Positions 61,398 to 64,000 of a DNA stretch of 64,000 bases are shown here, piece by piece. Position numbers and translations under genes: made by a program. The DNA lies in the NCBI GenBank assembly GCA_047967505.1, contig CM106538.1; one strand, written 5' to 3'. The notes below the pieces were generated by a model. That model was not told the origin of the DNA and did not search any database. It saw only the letters and a list, made by a program, of their open reading frames with translations. This stretch comes from Dipteris shenzhenensis. Its lineage: Eukaryota. The stretch's first letter is position 1; each line of letters begins with the position of its first letter.

Positions 61398-63830
61398 CAC
61401 GAACATAGAAGAAACTGACAAGAAAGCTTTAAGATAATGTTGCTCTTGATATTAAGCAGGAAATGCGCTACCCGTGGGCTCTGAGCGCAAAGGAGACGAA
61501 GAGTACAGTGTAATGTGCAAGCACACAGGTTATGTCTTCCAACGGTGCTCTACATCTCCTTCCTATGGAGCAGGGAAGGGGACATCATATGGTGGGCTTC
61601 GAGTGGAGCTGACAGAGAAATGAGTTACATTTTGTATAATCCAGAGCAAGAAAAGATAGCGCGCACACGCGAGAGAGAGAGAGAGCGGGGGGGGACAGGG
61701 GGACGGAGATAGGAAGTAGGAGGAGGTCATAAATTAGATAAGGAGTGTCACATCAAAACGTACCTACACAATGAGGCAATAGGACATTATATAGTCCCCC
61801 CACAACATCTCCTTTTTAGCCCTGTCAGCTCTCCTTTTTGCCCCTAGGGCTACCCCTCACAACTAGGCCTTTTTTCCCTTTTATTATGGCATCCCTTCCC
61901 CTACAATTTTGCCCGCAAAATTTCATGCTGCGGCTGTCATACGAGGGTGCCAGAACAGCAATTGTTGCTACTGAACGTAGCAAAAGGTGGGGATGCTCCT
62001 GCACAACGCCTTCTAGCTGCCATGAATGTATACCTTGTTACAAAGTATTCTATGTCTAAAGCCCACAATGTGCTTGGGGGTTGTAGAGGATATGGCCTTC
62101 CTCATCCATAGGCAGCAACTCTGAGAGAATATGTGCGTTCTGGCCCACATGGTTTTGGCAATGATACATGGAACACATTATGGATCTCGGAGGAGGGTGG
62201 TAGTTCCAATTGATAAGCTACTTCTCTAACCCTACGGGCCATAGCTAGTTTACTGTGGGTGTACTCCTCAGAGAGAGGTATCGATTTTGGTGGAGATGGT
62301 ATCGATTTTGGTGGAGATGGTGGAGATGGGTGTACCCCTCGGAGAGAGGTATCGATTTTGGTGTACCCCTCGGAGAGAGGTATCGATTTTGGTAGATGCA
62401 CAAAATCCCGTTTTGAAAACCAGGTACCTCCTATGTTCGTTCGCATAGTTTTCCACTTGGCTTGGGCTTCTTAGCCGATTGCAAAAGAGCCTCCCTTTCC
62501 AAGTCATGTCGTGTCTGAAATTGTGGAAAGCATTCTTACTTTGCATCCCTACATTGCTTCGAATGTGTTCATCCAATAGATAAATGCTTGAATTATAAAC
62601 AACTCTTGCCAAAGTGACTCTTAAATTTTGCACCTGGCAATCTGAGACGCTGAATACCATGTCTTGGTAGGGATGAGCCTATCAACCACAACATAGATGC
62701 TGTCCCATCCTCTGTCTGGGATGAAGTCCATAGCTGTGTGTGCACATTTTCCTTCTGGAATGGGCAATGGCTGCAACAACCCAGCTGGAAGTTTGCTGTC
62801 AACCTTATTGTTGGCATGGCAAGCACTCGGTAACATATTGCACCACACCTTTCCAACGACCCTCCCAAAACAAACTCTGTTTTATCCTTTTACAAGTCTT
62901 TGTGATGCTCGTATGTCCTACCATAGGGGATGAATGCATTTCCCTCAAACACCAACATTCTATAGTGCGATTTGGAAACAAAATCCTGAAACCATAACAA
63001 GTAATTGTTCAATTTAAATTCAGGATGATCATCACGTGGGGGTCCAGAATATTGTTTTTGGCCTCAAATTCTGCATCTACTCATCTTGAATGCCATCTAT
63101 CAAGTCCTGGTAAAGAGTGATGACAACAGACAATGTGAGGCATCTACAAACACAATTTCTTTTCATTTCTTATATTCAATGTCAAAGTCGTATGAGTGCA
63201 CTGAAGCCAATCACCTCTATTGCTTGGCTAAATGGGCTAAGAAAGAAAATATTTAAGTGTCATGTGATTAATCTTGACTTTGATCCCTGCTGCCATATAG
63301 TAAAGATGTCACTTTTGAAAGCATGTAGAATTGCCAACATCTCTTGGTCATAAACATGGTAAGTCAGCTCTTTGTCATTATACTTTCTGCTTTCAAAAGT
63401 TCACACCCCATGCTTTTGCCTTCAAACAGTCTCCAATCCTGTGTCACTGGCATTTGCCTCCAGAATAAACAACCATGAAAATCAGGGCATACCAACACAA
63501 GGGCATGAGTCAAATCGAATTCCAGAAAACCAGCCTCTGTGCCTCCATTGACAGGGGCTGTCCGTTTGGCAAACTGATGTATTGAATGCCTGGAAAAGGA
63601 GGCAACTCAGCTCGTAGTTGTGGCCATTCCCTTACACATTTCAACTTTGAATGGGTCCACTTGAATCCCACTCCTCCCCACAATGCGCCCAAGGTATTCA
63701 ACCTCTTCTGCCGCCTTGGCGAAGAGCTGATGCAGCTTCAAAATTTCGAGCACTTCCCTAACATGTTCAATGTGCTCCAATCTGCTTTTTTTTTAAATGA
63801 GGATGTCATTAAAAAAACCAGCGTGCAACA
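61394..63830 (-). mobile_element. Decayed Ty3/gypsy pol (RT-RH-IN) with candidate PPT (61808-61817) and LTR (about 61394-61807)
   Basis: FFNDILI, HVREVLEILK, EYLG (RT); GLLQPLPIPE..AMDFI and VAYQLELPPSSEIHNVFHVS (IN); LTR limits tentative. Confidence 0.8.
62258..62395. repeat. Minisatellite (GGTATCGATTTTGGT / GTGTACCCCTCGGAGAGA) inside gypsy integrase
   Basis: Four copies of GGTATCGATTTTGGT. Confidence 0.85.
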
Positions 63831-64000
63831 GAATAGAATTGGCTGCAATATCTTGTTCATCAGTGCCTAAACGTAGCCAGTGCAAGTCTGGGAGTCTAGA
63901 CCCAAGATCCAGGTCTAGGATCCCAAAGTCAGAAGTGTTGGTGTCACAGTTATGCTGAAACGTGTTTCCCACCATTTTCCCCCCAAAATGCCGTTTCAAA

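Overview
Eukaryotic, land-plant-type repetitive DNA (fern-like by inference; species not determinable) with no intact host gene. The window is mostly a nested pile of LTR retrotransposons. Ty1/copia elements (tRNA-iMet PBS) include one very young, almost intact element at 5847-11335 (LTRs differ at 1 of 297 nt, TSD CATCC) inserted into an older copia, further decayed or nested copies, and a short gag-only element with TSD GCGAG. There is also a Ty3/gypsy-type element with a tRNA-Asp PBS and tandemly duplicated gag, a gypsy pol remnant, LINE remnants, a MITE, microsatellites and several decayed spliced genes. The most unusual structure is at 25432-25735, where the end of the gypsy LTR holds a full-length antisense tRNA-Asp(GUC) copy, including the CCA position, inside a 173-bp tandem duplication of LTR end plus PBS, together with an upstream box complementary to the tRNA 5' end. 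Second is a decayed SET-domain gene next to a BAH-like fragment in DNA-transposon-like sequence (54240-55660). All family and domain calls come from motif recognition by eye; no searches were run.
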